NCBI GenBank assembly: GCA_964411255.1
Contig: CAYPKD010000003.1
Span: forward strand, 92,439 to 156,438
Length of the DNA stretch: 64,000 bases
Source of the DNA: an uncultured Gammaproteobacteria bacterium
GTDB lineage: Bacteria > Patescibacteriota > Patescibacteriia > UBA11705 > DATKZF01
Reading direction: 5' to 3'
Shown here: piece after piece, positions 45,644-54,840 of the stretch
Position numbering within the stretch: position 1 is the first letter of the stretch
Layout of the letters: each line of letters starts with the position of its first letter
The notes under the pieces: model-generated
The model's database searches: none
What the model saw: only the letters and a program-made list of their open reading frames with translations
What the model was told of the DNA's origin: nothing
Made by a program: the position numbers and the translations under genes

Positions 45644-46462
45644 TTATTTAATATTATTAATAAGTTGTTTAACTTTATTTTCATCAATTCTCTGGTTATA
45701 AGGCTTTATATTTATTTCTTTTTTATCTTTTACGCCTTTTTTAAGTGAAGTACTTACAATTGCTCCGTTTGCGTATTGAAAAAATTCTTGAACATTATTC
45801 TTGTTTAATCCACTGCCAATTAAAATTGGAAAATCATTAACAGAATGTTTAATCATTTGAAGTTCTTGCATATCCGGAGCATTGCCAGTCCAGCTGCCAG
45901 TGATTATTAAAGCATCAGATCCATTTTCTATTGCCAATTGAGCTGACGTTTTTAAATCATGGATTGATAAAAGTTCAGCATGTTTAACTTGAATATCTGT
46001 AAATAAAGCTATATCTTCAGCATTGATTGATTTTTGATAATTAATAATTTGTCTAGCATTTCCATGTATAATTCCATAATCAGTTTTGACTGAATCAATG
46101 AAAACAGGAATTCTAATAAATTTCAGATTTAATATTTTCGCAATTGATAAAGCAGTTTTATAATCATTCCATAAAACACTAATACCAATTGGCAGCTTGG
46201 TTGCTTTTTTAATTTGTTCACCCAAATATGTCATTGAAGCTATTTGTGCTGGATCAATAAATTCTTTATGTGGAAAATCATAATTATTTTCAAAAATAAT
46301 AGCCTTTGCTCCTCCATTTTCAAAGGCTATTTGATCTTTTAAAGCATTTTGTATGGCAATTTCAAATCCTGGAAAATTTTCATAACCTAAAAGAGGTGGA
46401 AAATGAATAGCACCGATTATTACATTTTTATTTTTTTCAAATATTTTTTGAAATTTATACAT
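45644..46462 (-). CDS. BtpA/SgcQ-family TIM-barrel protein
   Basis: 272 aa. GAIHFPPLLGY and overall similarity to BtpA family proteins. Confidence 0.6.
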   Translation of the reverse strand: MYKFQKIFEKNKNVIIGAIHFPPLLGYENFPGFEIAIQNALKDQIAFENGGAKAIIFENNYDFPHKEFIDPAQIASMTYLGEQIKKATKLPIGISVLWNDYKTALSIAKILNLKFIRIPVFIDSVKTDYGIIHGNARQIINYQKSINAEDIALFTDIQVKHAELLSIHDLKTSAQLAIENGSDALIITGSWTGNAPDMQELQMIKHSVNDFPILIGSGLNKNNVQEFFQYANGAIVSTSLKKGVKDKKEINIKPYNQRIDENKVKQLINNIK

Positions 46463-46661
46463 AATAAAAAAATAACGCTGCTTAGCGCTATTTTCTTAAT
46501 CTTCGAGTATGTTTAGCTAATTGCTTGCCTTTTTTAGTTTTTTTCTTTGCATGCTTAGTTCTGGCTCTTGCTGCGCTATTGTGTCCCATATGATTGAAAT
46601 TGTTATTTGTAATACACTTTATTCTATCGTATTTTTTAAATCTGTGCAAGTGCAAATTGTT

Positions 46662-46931
46662 TTATTGGGACAAAGCATTTAAATCGTCAACCTCAATATT
46701 TTGAATATCAGTTTTTAATTTTTGTAGATCTTTTTCTGTTATATCCATTTCAGTATCAGATGTGGCTATTTTTGAATTAGTTGGCTGCGTCTGTTCAATG
46801 TTTGGCTGGCCTAAATCAATTTTAATACCATCCAGTTGTTGTGTTGAAGAAGATTGTTCAGTTTTTTTGCCACAAGCAGATAAAGATAATGCAAAAATTA
46901 AAATTAAGACTATAGAAAGTATTTTTTTCAT
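46662..46931 (-). CDS. Small lipoprotein
   Basis: Signal peptide with LSACG lipobox. Confidence 0.45.
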   Translation of the reverse strand: MKKILSIVLILIFALSLSACGKKTEQSSSTQQLDGIKIDLGQPNIEQTQPTNSKIATSDTEMDITEKDLQKLKTDIQNIEVDDLNALSQ

Positions 46932-46932
46932 A

Positions 46933-47703
46933 TTATTTTGTTATTAAATTAAATGCATGTTCTAATTGCTGCTGTGCGTTTAGCAGGTTTGTTTTTGCCT
47001 GACGCAGATAATTGTTTCCTTCACTGAATTTAATTAAGGGCGTACCAGGTAATTTTACTTGTTTATATGAACTTTCTGCAAAATCAACCTTATCCTGCGC
47101 TGTTTGCAATTCTGTTTTGGCTACATTTAATTTATTTATTATTTCATCACTGTCTGGAAGTTTTTCAGCAGCCGCCCGAATCTTTTGTTCATACGTTTTT
47201 GCTGTTTCAATTAAATCATTTCCAATACTCACCCACATTGATCCAGAATTTCTGGCAACATCAGTTAATAGCTCCAAATAAGACTTTATCATTTTTAGAA
47301 AAGTTGTTCCTAAATTCAGTTGCGAATCAATATTTTTAACATCTGTTCGTAAAGTATCTATTTTTGCTAGATTTGTTTTTACATCAGTTTCAATATTGGT
47401 TTGAATGGTATCTGGCACATTTGGATTTTCCTGAGCTTCAAGTTTTTTCCAGCCAAGCCAGGCCTCAGCTTCATCCAGCGCAGCTTCTAATACTTCTTTT
47501 CCTGTGTCAATCACTGCTTGCTCATTTTCATCAGATTTGTCAGTTGCATAATCAAGCTTTGCTTCCTTATGATCAGCCTCAGCTGCCATTCGAATTTTTA
47601 TAGCATTAAGCCAATCTTGTTTAAGCTGATTTGAAGTTGCAGCTTGTGAAATTCCAGGTAATAACAACATCGTAATTAATAATACTAAAAGTATTTTTTT
47701 CAT
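46933..47703 (-). CDS. Secreted coiled-coil protein of unknown function
   Basis: Signal peptide followed by helical repeats. Confidence 0.45.
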   Translation of the reverse strand: MKKILLVLLITMLLLPGISQAATSNQLKQDWLNAIKIRMAAEADHKEAKLDYATDKSDENEQAVIDTGKEVLEAALDEAEAWLGWKKLEAQENPNVPDTIQTNIETDVKTNLAKIDTLRTDVKNIDSQLNLGTTFLKMIKSYLELLTDVARNSGSMWVSIGNDLIETAKTYEQKIRAAAEKLPDSDEIINKLNVAKTELQTAQDKVDFAESSYKQVKLPGTPLIKFSEGNNYLRQAKTNLLNAQQQLEHAFNLITK

Positions 47704-47831
47704 ATAAAGACGTTATGAATAGTTGAATTAATATTAACAGAGTATTGTTATTTTTTCAATAAAATTGACAAAGAATGTAAATTTTAGTAAGAATAATAGA
47801 ACCCTGGTTTTTTACAATCAAGGAGGTGAAA

Positions 47832-48917
47832 ATGCCATATTATACAGATGAATATTTAGCTTTTGATCATGATCGAGCGAAGGGACCTGGCCTTATATTG
47901 TTTATTTTGTTTTTGTTTGCTTTTGGTATTATGCCAGTGGCTGCATATAATTGGGCAGTCAGGCTTTATTTGTTTACCGGGTTGATTACTTTTATTTTGC
48001 GGCTGAGAAGAAATAGAGCTGAGTTTTTTAAGGAATTAGGCTGTGCGTTTAAATCACATACTACAAATTTTTGGTCTACATTAATATTATGGCCAATTGA
48101 TGTGATTGCCCTTGCCTTAGGCTGTAAATGTTCATTTATAAGTCGATATAGCATACATGAGTTTGATAGGATTTTTAGGAATAATAGAGGCATCCATCGT
48201 GATACGGTCAGAGAACTCGTTGAGCAACAAATTGATATTGGAGAAAAAGAAATAGAACAATTATTTGAAGATATGGTCTACAAGGCCAGAAAAACAACTG
48301 CTGTAGTTGGTTCTGGCGCAATGATTACCTTGGCAAATTATGCTTTTGCAAAGGGAACACCACCAAGAGCAAATGAAGAAGTTGAACTTCAGATGATTAT
48401 TTGGGGAGACTTTATGCATGATCGTCAGTTATGGCTTAAATTAAAGATATGGTATTTTGAGTTTTGGCAGCAAAATCGCTGGCCAGCTGGAAAAGCAGCT
48501 CCAGCTTCATATATTGGAGGTGGATTTAAAGTTCCATTATTCTCAAAATCTGCCATTGTAGTTAATTGTGGCCCACAGGGTTCAGATGAAGGCGTAGATA
48601 GTTTTGCCTTTTTTGTAAATTTGATCCTTGGAGACAAAGATTGGCAAATCGTTCTGGCTAATAGGGCACAAAAAAACTTTTTCAATAAAAAAGTACCATG
48701 GGTAATTATGCATATTCAGTCAATAAAAACTCCATTACTTGAATGGTTGAGACTAAAGGTTGATCAGGCATATTTACTGAATAAGTTAACTAGACTGAGA
48801 GTTGGGCCTGAATTTTCATTTCCAACTGACAGCCTAAAATATTTCAGACTTTGGCCAAGCTATGATTTTATTCAAGAAATCCCGGATGTTAGATTGCAAT
48901 TTCAATATTCATTTTAA
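47832..48917 (+). CDS. Hypothetical membrane protein
   Basis: SD AGGAGGTG precedes the ATG at 47832. Two N-terminal TM helices. Confidence 0.5.
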   Translation: MPYYTDEYLAFDHDRAKGPGLILFILFLFAFGIMPVAAYNWAVRLYLFTGLITFILRLRRNRAEFFKELGCAFKSHTTNFWSTLILWPIDVIALALGCKCSFISRYSIHEFDRIFRNNRGIHRDTVRELVEQQIDIGEKEIEQLFEDMVYKARKTTAVVGSGAMITLANYAFAKGTPPRANEEVELQMIIWGDFMHDRQLWLKLKIWYFEFWQQNRWPAGKAAPASYIGGGFKVPLFSKSAIVVNCGPQGSDEGVDSFAFFVNLILGDKDWQIVLANRAQKNFFNKKVPWVIMHIQSIKTPLLEWLRLKVDQAYLLNKLTRLRVGPEFSFPTDSLKYFRLWPSYDFIQEIPDVRLQFQYSF

Positions 48918-48992
48918 GCAGCAGATAATACTCGCTGCTTTTTTGTAAAAAAAACACCCGCGTAAAAGCGGGATGTTTTTATAAGTTGACTT

Positions 48993-49193
48993 TTAGGCTT
49001 TTTGTACATTGATAGCACGTGGGCCTTTTTCAGACTCTTCAACATCAAAGGTGACAGCATCTCCTTCATTTAAATCATTGTATTCAACACCCTGAAGCGC
49101 TGAAGAATGAAAGAAAATGTCTTTGTCAGGAGATTCATCTGAAGCGATAAATCCAAAACCTTTGTCTGTAAGTCTTTTGATTGATCCGTTCAT
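48993..49193 (-). CDS. cspA: Cold-shock protein (CspA family)
   Basis: MNGSIKRLTDKGFGFIASDE...DIFFHSS RNP1/RNP2 motifs. Start at the internal Met typical for Csp (66 aa). Confidence 0.85.
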   Translation of the reverse strand: MNGSIKRLTDKGFGFIASDESPDKDIFFHSSALQGVEYNDLNEGDAVTFDVEESEKGPRAINVQKA

Positions 49194-49358
49194 AAAAAAA
49201 TAAGATGAATTAATCTGCAAAATTTAGCCTCTTGCAGAAATTCGACTTATTTCTACTAACGGGGCAAACTTTTTGCAGTTTTATAATAGCATAAAATAAA
49301 AATAATGCAAATAGCAAAGCAATAAACAAAAACACCTCCATATTTGGAGATGTATTTG

Positions 49359-49434
49359 TGGGGCGAGTAGAGGGAATCGAACCCTCATCACCGGTACCAC
49401 AAACCGATGCTCTAACCGTTGAGCTATACCCGCC
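49359..49434 (-). tRNA. tRNA-His(GUG) with genomically encoded G-1
   Basis: Hand fold: G-1 + GCGGGTA acceptor, anticodon loop TTGTGGT, T-arm GAGGG-TTCGATT-CCCTC, discriminator C pairing with G-1, CCA. Confidence 0.8.
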
Positions 49435-49580
49435 ATGGTGTAGGATTATGGTGCAAATTGAAAATGTCAAAAACAGAGTAAGTCTAATAAATCGAGGAAA
49501 TATCTATACATTATTCGTATTCTAAAGAACCCTCTTTTATTATTGGCTGAAGGCCATGAGCCTGTTAAGCAGGGATTGGA

Positions 49581-49657
49581 TGGCGTCCGCGGATGGACTC
49601 GAACCATCAACCTACAGCTTAGAAGGCTGTTGCTCTATCCGGTTGAGCTACGCGGAC
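49581..49657 (-). tRNA. tRNA-Arg(UCU)
   Basis: Hand fold: GTCCGCG acceptor, anticodon stem ACAGC/GCTGT with loop CTTCTAA, T-arm GATGG-TTCGAGT-CCATC, discriminator G, CCA. Confidence 0.8.
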
Positions 49658-49895
49658 CGAAAACTAAAATCACCTCACTATTATATCAAATTTCCAGAAT
49701 TGAGTCAATAAAGCAAGGTATATGGATATAATGTGTAAATTCCAAGTAAAATGTTTGATATTTGAATTAAAATATGTTATATTTGAGTATATTTTAGGTA
49801 AAATAGATAAAAATTGGATGAAAATTGCCTTTTGCGACACATATCCATGTATAAAATTAGGCAAATATTTGAAAAAATAGTATATAATGACGGAG

Positions 49896-49915
49896 AATGT
49901 TTCACGTGAAACATT
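49896..49915. promoter_or_regulatory. Perfect 20-bp palindrome AATGTTTCACGTGAAACATT (CACGTG core), copy 1, just downstream of a TATAAT box
   Basis: TATAAT at 49883-49888, with the palindrome starting 8 nt later. About 40 nt upstream of tRNA-Arg(CCU). Confidence 0.5.
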
Positions 49916-49957
49916 TTGGATGCGAATTTCAAATTTCAATTTTTTAATTCCCAAAAT

Positions 49958-50034
49958 GCACCCGTAGCTCAGTTGGATAGAGCGAGACACTCCTAACGTC
50001 TAGGTCGCAGGTTCGATCCCTGCCGGGTGCGCCA
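49958..50034 (+). tRNA. tRNA-Arg(CCU)
   Basis: Hand fold: GCACCCG acceptor, anticodon stem AGACA/CGTCT (A31-C39 mismatch) with loop CTCCTAA, T-arm GCAGG-TTCGATC-CCTGC, discriminator G, CCA. Confidence 0.75.
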
Positions 50035-50088
50035 TCCTTCGCTCTCGCCTCGCGAAGCTCGACTTGAGCTTCGGATGGCGCAGTCACT
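50035..50088 (+). repeat. Conserved tRNA 3'-trailer element (copy 4, plus strand)
   Basis: tccttcgctctcgcctcgcgaagctcgacttgagcttcggatggcgcag shares TTCGCTC and GAGCTTCGGATGGC modules with the minus-strand copies. Confidence 0.55.
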
Positions 50089-50343
50089 GAAAGTCTACAT
50101 TAATTGATCCACAAAGGCATTTACCTGAGATGATTTGTAATTAAGGTCAGTAAGTAACTGACAATTGTATACACTGGTCTATACTTTTAGATGTCAAATC
50201 CCCTATTTGGGGACTTTTTGTTGACAAATAATAAATAGATATTTTGGAAAAATAAGGATTTAATTAACAATGCTATAGGAATATGTTTTATAGTATTTGC
50301 ATAATTGAATACATTGTAAAAATAGAATTCATGGACAAAAAAA

Positions 50344-50361
50344 ATGTTTCACGTGAAACAT
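50344..50361. promoter_or_regulatory. Perfect 18-bp palindrome ATGTTTCACGTGAAACAT, copy 2
   Basis: About 150 nt upstream of the 50509 gene. The adjacent ccttttgcgacaca motif is also repeated at 49833-49846. Confidence 0.5.
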
Positions 50362-50508
50362 AATATTACCTTTTGCGACACAACACTATGTTATTTATGT
50401 AAATTTAGCTAAAATATTAAAAATCTGTTAAATATTTCGAATTTTTGACAATTTTTTGGAAATGTAATAAAAAAGAGACAGTAGATCTTTCACAAAAAGG
50501 GGGAAAAA

Positions 50509-50937
50509 GTGGAACGAAAAATAGCTGAATACGAGTTTGTTGACTGTAAATGCTGTAAAGGCAGTGGAAAATGCAGCTGCTGCAAGGGAAACAGAAGGGT
50601 AAAAACAGAACTCAGAGTTGTTCATTTAATTCCAGAGGATAAAGTAATTGTTGAAAAAAGCTCTAGAAAATATGATAAAATGAAAGAAAAATACGACAAA
50701 ATTGGATTTGATTTTCTTATTGTATCAATGATAACAGTGGTGGCCTTAATGATTCTAGGAATCGTAACGAAAAGTTTTATTGTTTTAATAGGGATTGTCA
50801 TTCCTGTATTTTTCCTATATTTAACACTTATCATTTATGGAAAATCAGATGAGTGGTGGAAAAAATATTTAGAGGTTCGGTACGAAATCGCAAATAAATA
50901 TGGTATAGAGAAAGAAGAGATCTTTGTCATAAAATAA
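50509..50937 (+). CDS. Small membrane protein with N-terminal DnaJ-type double CxxCxGxG zinc-finger motif
   Basis: GTG start with SD AAGGGGG. CKCCKGSGKCSCCKGN followed by two TM helices. Confidence 0.5.
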   Translation: MERKIAEYEFVDCKCCKGSGKCSCCKGNRRVKTELRVVHLIPEDKVIVEKSSRKYDKMKEKYDKIGFDFLIVSMITVVALMILGIVTKSFIVLIGIVIPVFFLYLTLIIYGKSDEWWKKYLEVRYEIANKYGIEKEEIFVIK

Positions 50938-50984
50938 AACCGTCGATCATATTCGACGGTCTTTTTAATTTCAAATTATACAAA

Positions 50985-51206
50985 TTATAATTTTATTTCA
51001 ATTAATTTTAACGGAGAGCTTTTACCAACTTTTATTGAGATATTAGACTTTGGAATATTAAAATGTTTTGAAATTAATTCAATCAATTGTTTATTTGCTG
51101 CGCCATCAACTGGCGCTGCAGTTAGCTTCACCTTAAATTCAGTGTCAGATAGGGGAATGAGCTCTGTTTTTTTTGATTTAGTTAATACCTTTACAGTAAT
51201 GATCAT
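50985..51206 (-). CDS. DUF167/YggU-family (UPF0235) protein
   Basis: 73 aa. VKLTAAPVDGAANKQLIELISKHFNIPKSNISI pattern. Overlaps the tsaC stop by 4 nt. Confidence 0.65.
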   Translation of the reverse strand: MIITVKVLTKSKKTELIPLSDTEFKVKLTAAPVDGAANKQLIELISKHFNIPKSNISIKVGKSSPLKLIEIKL

Positions 51207-51811
51207 ACAATTTTTGAAACATCACCTTTTCCTTGTCTTAAAACAATTGGCTGTTCTTGAGTTAAATCTAAAACTGTTGATGGCTCAGCTTTCAAAATTC
51301 CAGCATCTAAAATAAGGCCTATATTTCCATCTAGATTTTTTTCAATTTCAATTGGATCTGTAAAATGTGGTTGGCCTTTAATATTTGCACTTGTAGATAC
51401 TATTGGATTTCCTAGCATTTTTGTCAATTCTAAACATATTGGACTATCAGGAATTCTAATTCCTACAGTCAATCTTTTTGGCAGAATCTGTTTTGGAATA
51501 AGTTTTGTTGCTTTAAGTACAAAAGTATATGGCCCAGGACTTAGCATTTTTATTATTCTAAAAGCCGCATCACTTAATATTGCATATTTACTAATATCTT
51601 TTAAATCTGGCACAATGAAACTCAGTCCTTCAGAAGTCGGTTTTTGTTTAATTTTATAAATTTTTTGAATTGCATCAGGATTTAATGCATCACATCCAAG
51701 TCCATAAATTGTATCTGTTGGATAGGCAATAACGCCTCCTTGCTTCATTATTTCAACAGCTTTTTTTAGTTTTGGATACTCTGGAGTCTCCTTGTTGATT
51801 TCAATAAGCAT
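51203..51811 (-). CDS. tsaC: L-threonylcarbamoyladenylate synthase (YrdC/TsaC)
   Basis: AYPTDTIYGLGCDALN and VSTSANIKGQP motifs of the YrdC/Sua5 domain. Confidence 0.8.
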   Translation of the reverse strand: MLIEINKETPEYPKLKKAVEIMKQGGVIAYPTDTIYGLGCDALNPDAIQKIYKIKQKPTSEGLSFIVPDLKDISKYAILSDAAFRIIKMLSPGPYTFVLKATKLIPKQILPKRLTVGIRIPDSPICLELTKMLGNPIVSTSANIKGQPHFTDPIEIEKNLDGNIGLILDAGILKAEPSTVLDLTQEQPIVLRQGKGDVSKIV

Positions 51812-51872
51812 AAAATTTTTGTTATTTATCTAATTTCATTTTATAATGCTTGTAGGTATTAGGCAACAAGAT

Positions 51873-52295
51873 ATGAAAAAAATTGTTTTATTATTTCTTT
51901 GTATCATAATTTTATCTGCGTGTGCTAAATCTGAAATTTCAAAGGTTTGTACTGATGAAATTTGTTTTGATGTTGAAATTGCTGATAGTTTATCAGAAAG
52001 AAAGCAAGGCTTAATGTATCGAGAGCATTTAGAAGAAAATAAAGGAATGCTTTTTATTTTTGATGAACAAAAAATTCATCCTTTTTGGATGAAAAATACT
52101 TTAATACCATTAGATATAATTTGGATTGATGAACAAATGGAAATTGTTTCTATTTTCCCAAATGCACAACCTTGCAAAACTGAACAATGCGATTCAATCC
52201 GGCCATTAAAAAAAGCAAAATATGTTCTGGAGATAAATGGGGGAATGGCTGCTGAAAAGGGGATTGATGTTCATGATTTTATTGAATTTAAATAA
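51873..52295 (+). CDS. DUF192-domain secreted protein
   Basis: Signal peptide, RKQGLMYREHLEENKGMLFIFD...FWMKNTLIPLDIIWID DUF192 pattern. Start at the internal MKKIVL. Confidence 0.7.
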   Translation: MKKIVLLFLCIIILSACAKSEISKVCTDEICFDVEIADSLSERKQGLMYREHLEENKGMLFIFDEQKIHPFWMKNTLIPLDIIWIDEQMEIVSIFPNAQPCKTEQCDSIRPLKKAKYVLEINGGMAAEKGIDVHDFIEFK

Positions 52296-52365
52296 TGGAA
52301 ATTGGTTATTTTAAAATTTGAAATTGGTATTCGAAATTAGAAAATGGAAATTGAAATAAAAAAAT

Positions 52366-52384
52366 CCGCTCAAGTGTTGAGCGG
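52366..52384 (-). terminator. Intrinsic terminator (family B, ccgctcaNgtgttgagcgg)
   Basis: aaaaatccgctcaagtgttgagcggtt directly after the stop of the 52385 gene. Two more copies lie at 53291-53309 and 53588-53602. Confidence 0.55.
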
Positions 52385-53218
52385 TTATTTGGTTTTGCCA
52401 TGTTTACGTAGAATTTTATTTATTCTGGCAATATGCTTTTCGTCCTTTATATATTTTAGTTTTTCTTCAAGGTCAATCAAAATTTTTCCATATTCACTTT
52501 CAAAAATATAATTACATAATGTAAGAAATGGATATTTCCCTGGCAATTCTAATGAACCAAGATGTCTTCTGGGAAATAGCTTATATACATGCACATCCAT
52601 AGGAGGGTGATGGATACCACTTCCCAGCGGGGGGAAAACTTTGAGTCTTTTCATGTGCTTTTTCAGGGCCCTTAGCCTTGGAAAAAGAGAAGCTTTTATA
52701 TGGAATATTAGATTAGAAACAACCCAGGCAGCTGATTGAATTTCAAGTTTGTGTTCAGTTGTCCAGACAGGCATGGGGAATCCATAGGATTTATGCGGAA
52801 TCTCACTTGCTTGTGTTAAAGAATGAATTGCTTGCGCAGGTATTGACAAGTTATTCATACGTTCCTCAAAGTCTTTACACTGGATTATTTCAGCAGGATT
52901 AAAACATACGGCATCGAAGTATATTTCCAATAAAGATAATTCCTCGAATTGACATACTACAATTCCATTATCAAATCCCGGTGTAAGCGAGGGATGATAA
53001 AAATGAGCGTCAGCAAGTTTATAAGTCCCAAAAGGCTGTAAGTTTTTTACCGTTTCCCATGCTTTCATACTTCGCTCTTGGCAATAGCTGGCAGCAACAG
53101 CCTTTATCCCCTTGACTGCTTTTTGTGCTTGTCTTTTGGTTATTTGTATGTCAGGCCACGATGAAAGCAAGGCAACTGCTTTTCGTCTTATTCTTTCTCT
53201 TTTTTCTCTATCGAGCAT
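52385..53218 (-). CDS. Hypothetical protein (277 aa), moderately GC-elevated
   Basis: Start moved from TTG to the ATG at 53218, which has SD AAGGGGGA. His/Pro/Trp-rich, no family. Confidence 0.45.
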   Translation of the reverse strand: MLDREKRERIRRKAVALLSSWPDIQITKRQAQKAVKGIKAVAASYCQERSMKAWETVKNLQPFGTYKLADAHFYHPSLTPGFDNGIVVCQFEELSLLEIYFDAVCFNPAEIIQCKDFEERMNNLSIPAQAIHSLTQASEIPHKSYGFPMPVWTTEHKLEIQSAAWVVSNLIFHIKASLFPRLRALKKHMKRLKVFPPLGSGIHHPPMDVHVYKLFPRRHLGSLELPGKYPFLTLCNYIFESEYGKILIDLEEKLKYIKDEKHIARINKILRKHGKTK

Positions 53219-53309
53219 ATTTCCCCCTTGGTTTGAAAAGAACTGTTTCAAATTAGTTTAATTCAGAATTATTGATCTGTCAATAAAAATCCGCTCAGGT
53301 GTTGAGCGG

Positions 53310-53513
53310 TTAGATGCTGGGGTTTATGTAATCATCATCATAGGTGACAGAATATCCAGACTTGAAAAAGTTTCTGGCGCAATTGTAGGCTTTTGTGAAA
53401 GAAAAAGTAAAGAGCAATGTGAAAATGAAAATGATCGTTGCAAATACAAATTGAATTGATAAGACAATGACGAAAAGGAACAAACCTATCGTTAGAAAAG
53501 CTGCAAGATCCAT
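53310..53513 (-). CDS. Small two-TM membrane protein
   Basis: 67 aa. SD AGGGAGGT lies 5 nt before the ATG. Preferred over the overlapping 53338..53595 frame. Confidence 0.45.
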   Translation of the reverse strand: MDLAAFLTIGLFLFVIVLSIQFVFATIIFIFTLLFTFSFTKAYNCARNFFKSGYSVTYDDDYINPSI

Positions 53514-53603
53514 CCTTTACCTCCCTTTGCGATTTGTTTGGGTTCGTTATACTTAATTTATCAATTTGACTTATTTTGTCAATAAAACCGCTCAATGAGC
53601 GGC

Positions 53604-54374
53604 TTATTTATTTTGAATTGTTTTTATTAATGCTTGGTGGACTTTTTTGTTTGAAGCGAGCATGTCTTTGCTCGTTAATGTCCATTCATTATCCTTAAAG
53701 TCTGTCACTTTGCCCCCAGCTTCTCTGACTAATAATATCCCAGCTGCCACATCCCAGGAATGTGCATTTGGAATTATCATAGAGTCAGTTCTGCCAGCTG
53801 CAACATAACCCAGTTCAAGTGAGGCAGAACCAAGCTGGCGCATAAAAGCGGCTCTTAGCTTGTAATAACTATAAAGCTTTATTGCTCTTTTCCATGAAGA
53901 AATGCCAGTGCCATGGCAATATGTTAAAAGTGCTTTGTCCAGTTGATTTCGATTTGATACTTTTAGTTTTTTATTATTAAGCTTTGCGCCCTTGCCAAGC
54001 TCTGCTACATAAAGTTCATCTAATGCTGGTGCATAGATAATACCAAGCTGGATTTCTCCTTTATAAACTAAAGCAGCTGAAACTGCAAAAAGGGGATTGT
54101 GCATGAAAAAATTGGTAGTACCATCTAATGGATCTATTACCCAGAGATAATCAGACTTATTTTTTGAGCGGCCGCTTTCTTCTGATAAAATGGTATGGTC
54201 TGGGAAGTTTTTTTTAATTGATTTTGTAATAATTTTATCTGCGACCATGTCTGCAGAAGTGACTAATTGATGTTTTGATTTATATTGAGCAGTGAATTTA
54301 CCTGAATTATAAATTTTAAGCAATTCTGACCCTGCTTTTTTTACTGCTTGTAAGGCAATTGTTTTTGGATTCAT
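53604..54374 (-). CDS. suhB: Inositol monophosphatase family protein (SuhB-like)
   Basis: WVIDPLDGTTNF metal-binding motif and overall IMPase fold length. Confidence 0.8.
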   Translation of the reverse strand: MNPKTIALQAVKKAGSELLKIYNSGKFTAQYKSKHQLVTSADMVADKIITKSIKKNFPDHTILSEESGRSKNKSDYLWVIDPLDGTTNFFMHNPLFAVSAALVYKGEIQLGIIYAPALDELYVAELGKGAKLNNKKLKVSNRNQLDKALLTYCHGTGISSWKRAIKLYSYYKLRAAFMRQLGSASLELGYVAAGRTDSMIIPNAHSWDVAAGILLVREAGGKVTDFKDNEWTLTSKDMLASNKKVHQALIKTIQNK

Positions 54375-54378
54375 ATTT

Positions 54379-54840
54379 TTATAGATCTTCTAATAATTGT
54401 AGCTCTAATTTTTTTGTCTTTGTATCTAATGTTGCAAACACAGCCTTATAACCCATTCCAGCTAAGGATCCTGGATTAGCTAAATACGTATTATTAAATT
54501 TTTCAATCCATGGCTTATGCGAGTGGCCGTAAAATGCAAAATCTAAATTGTTTTCTTTAGTCATTAGACTGGCTACTATTTCTTTGTGGTGCGCTAATGC
54601 TATTTTTAAAGAATCAATTTCAATTATTTTCTTTTTATCCAAAGTGAACATGTCAGCATTGCCCCTCACGGCGTGAATATCTCCGTTAAAGCTGTCTTGG
54701 ATATAGTTAAATGTTTCTAAAGACGTGACATCACCACAGTGAAGTAGCGTTTTTATTTTATTTTTTTTGCAATAATTTGAAAATTTTTCCAAATTAGGAA
54801 TATTGTCATGGGAATCTGAGATAATCGCAATTTTTGACAT
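54379..54840 (-). CDS. Metallophosphoesterase (YfcE/MJ0936 family)
   Basis: IAIISDSHDN, LLHCGDV and GHSHKP motifs. Confidence 0.75.
   Translation of the reverse strand: MSKIAIISDSHDNIPNLEKFSNYCKKNKIKTLLHCGDVTSLETFNYIQDSFNGDIHAVRGNADMFTLDKKKIIEIDSLKIALAHHKEIVASLMTKENNLDFAFYGHSHKPWIEKFNNTYLANPGSLAGMGYKAVFATLDTKTKKLELQLLEDL

Noticed and set aside
46488-46589. 33-aa highly basic minus-strand ORF (MGHNSAARARTKHAKKKTKKGKQLAKHTRRLRK), possible tiny ribosomal-like protein
   Set aside because: No SD, an in-frame stop just upstream, and a lysine-rich product that can arise from A-rich DNA. It does not match L34, L36, L35 or S21 patterns convincingly.
49210-49990. ORFs 49210..49470 (-), 49543..49731 (+), 49670..49990 (-)
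   Set aside because: They overlap tRNA-His, tRNA-Arg(UCU) and the palindromic regulatory region.
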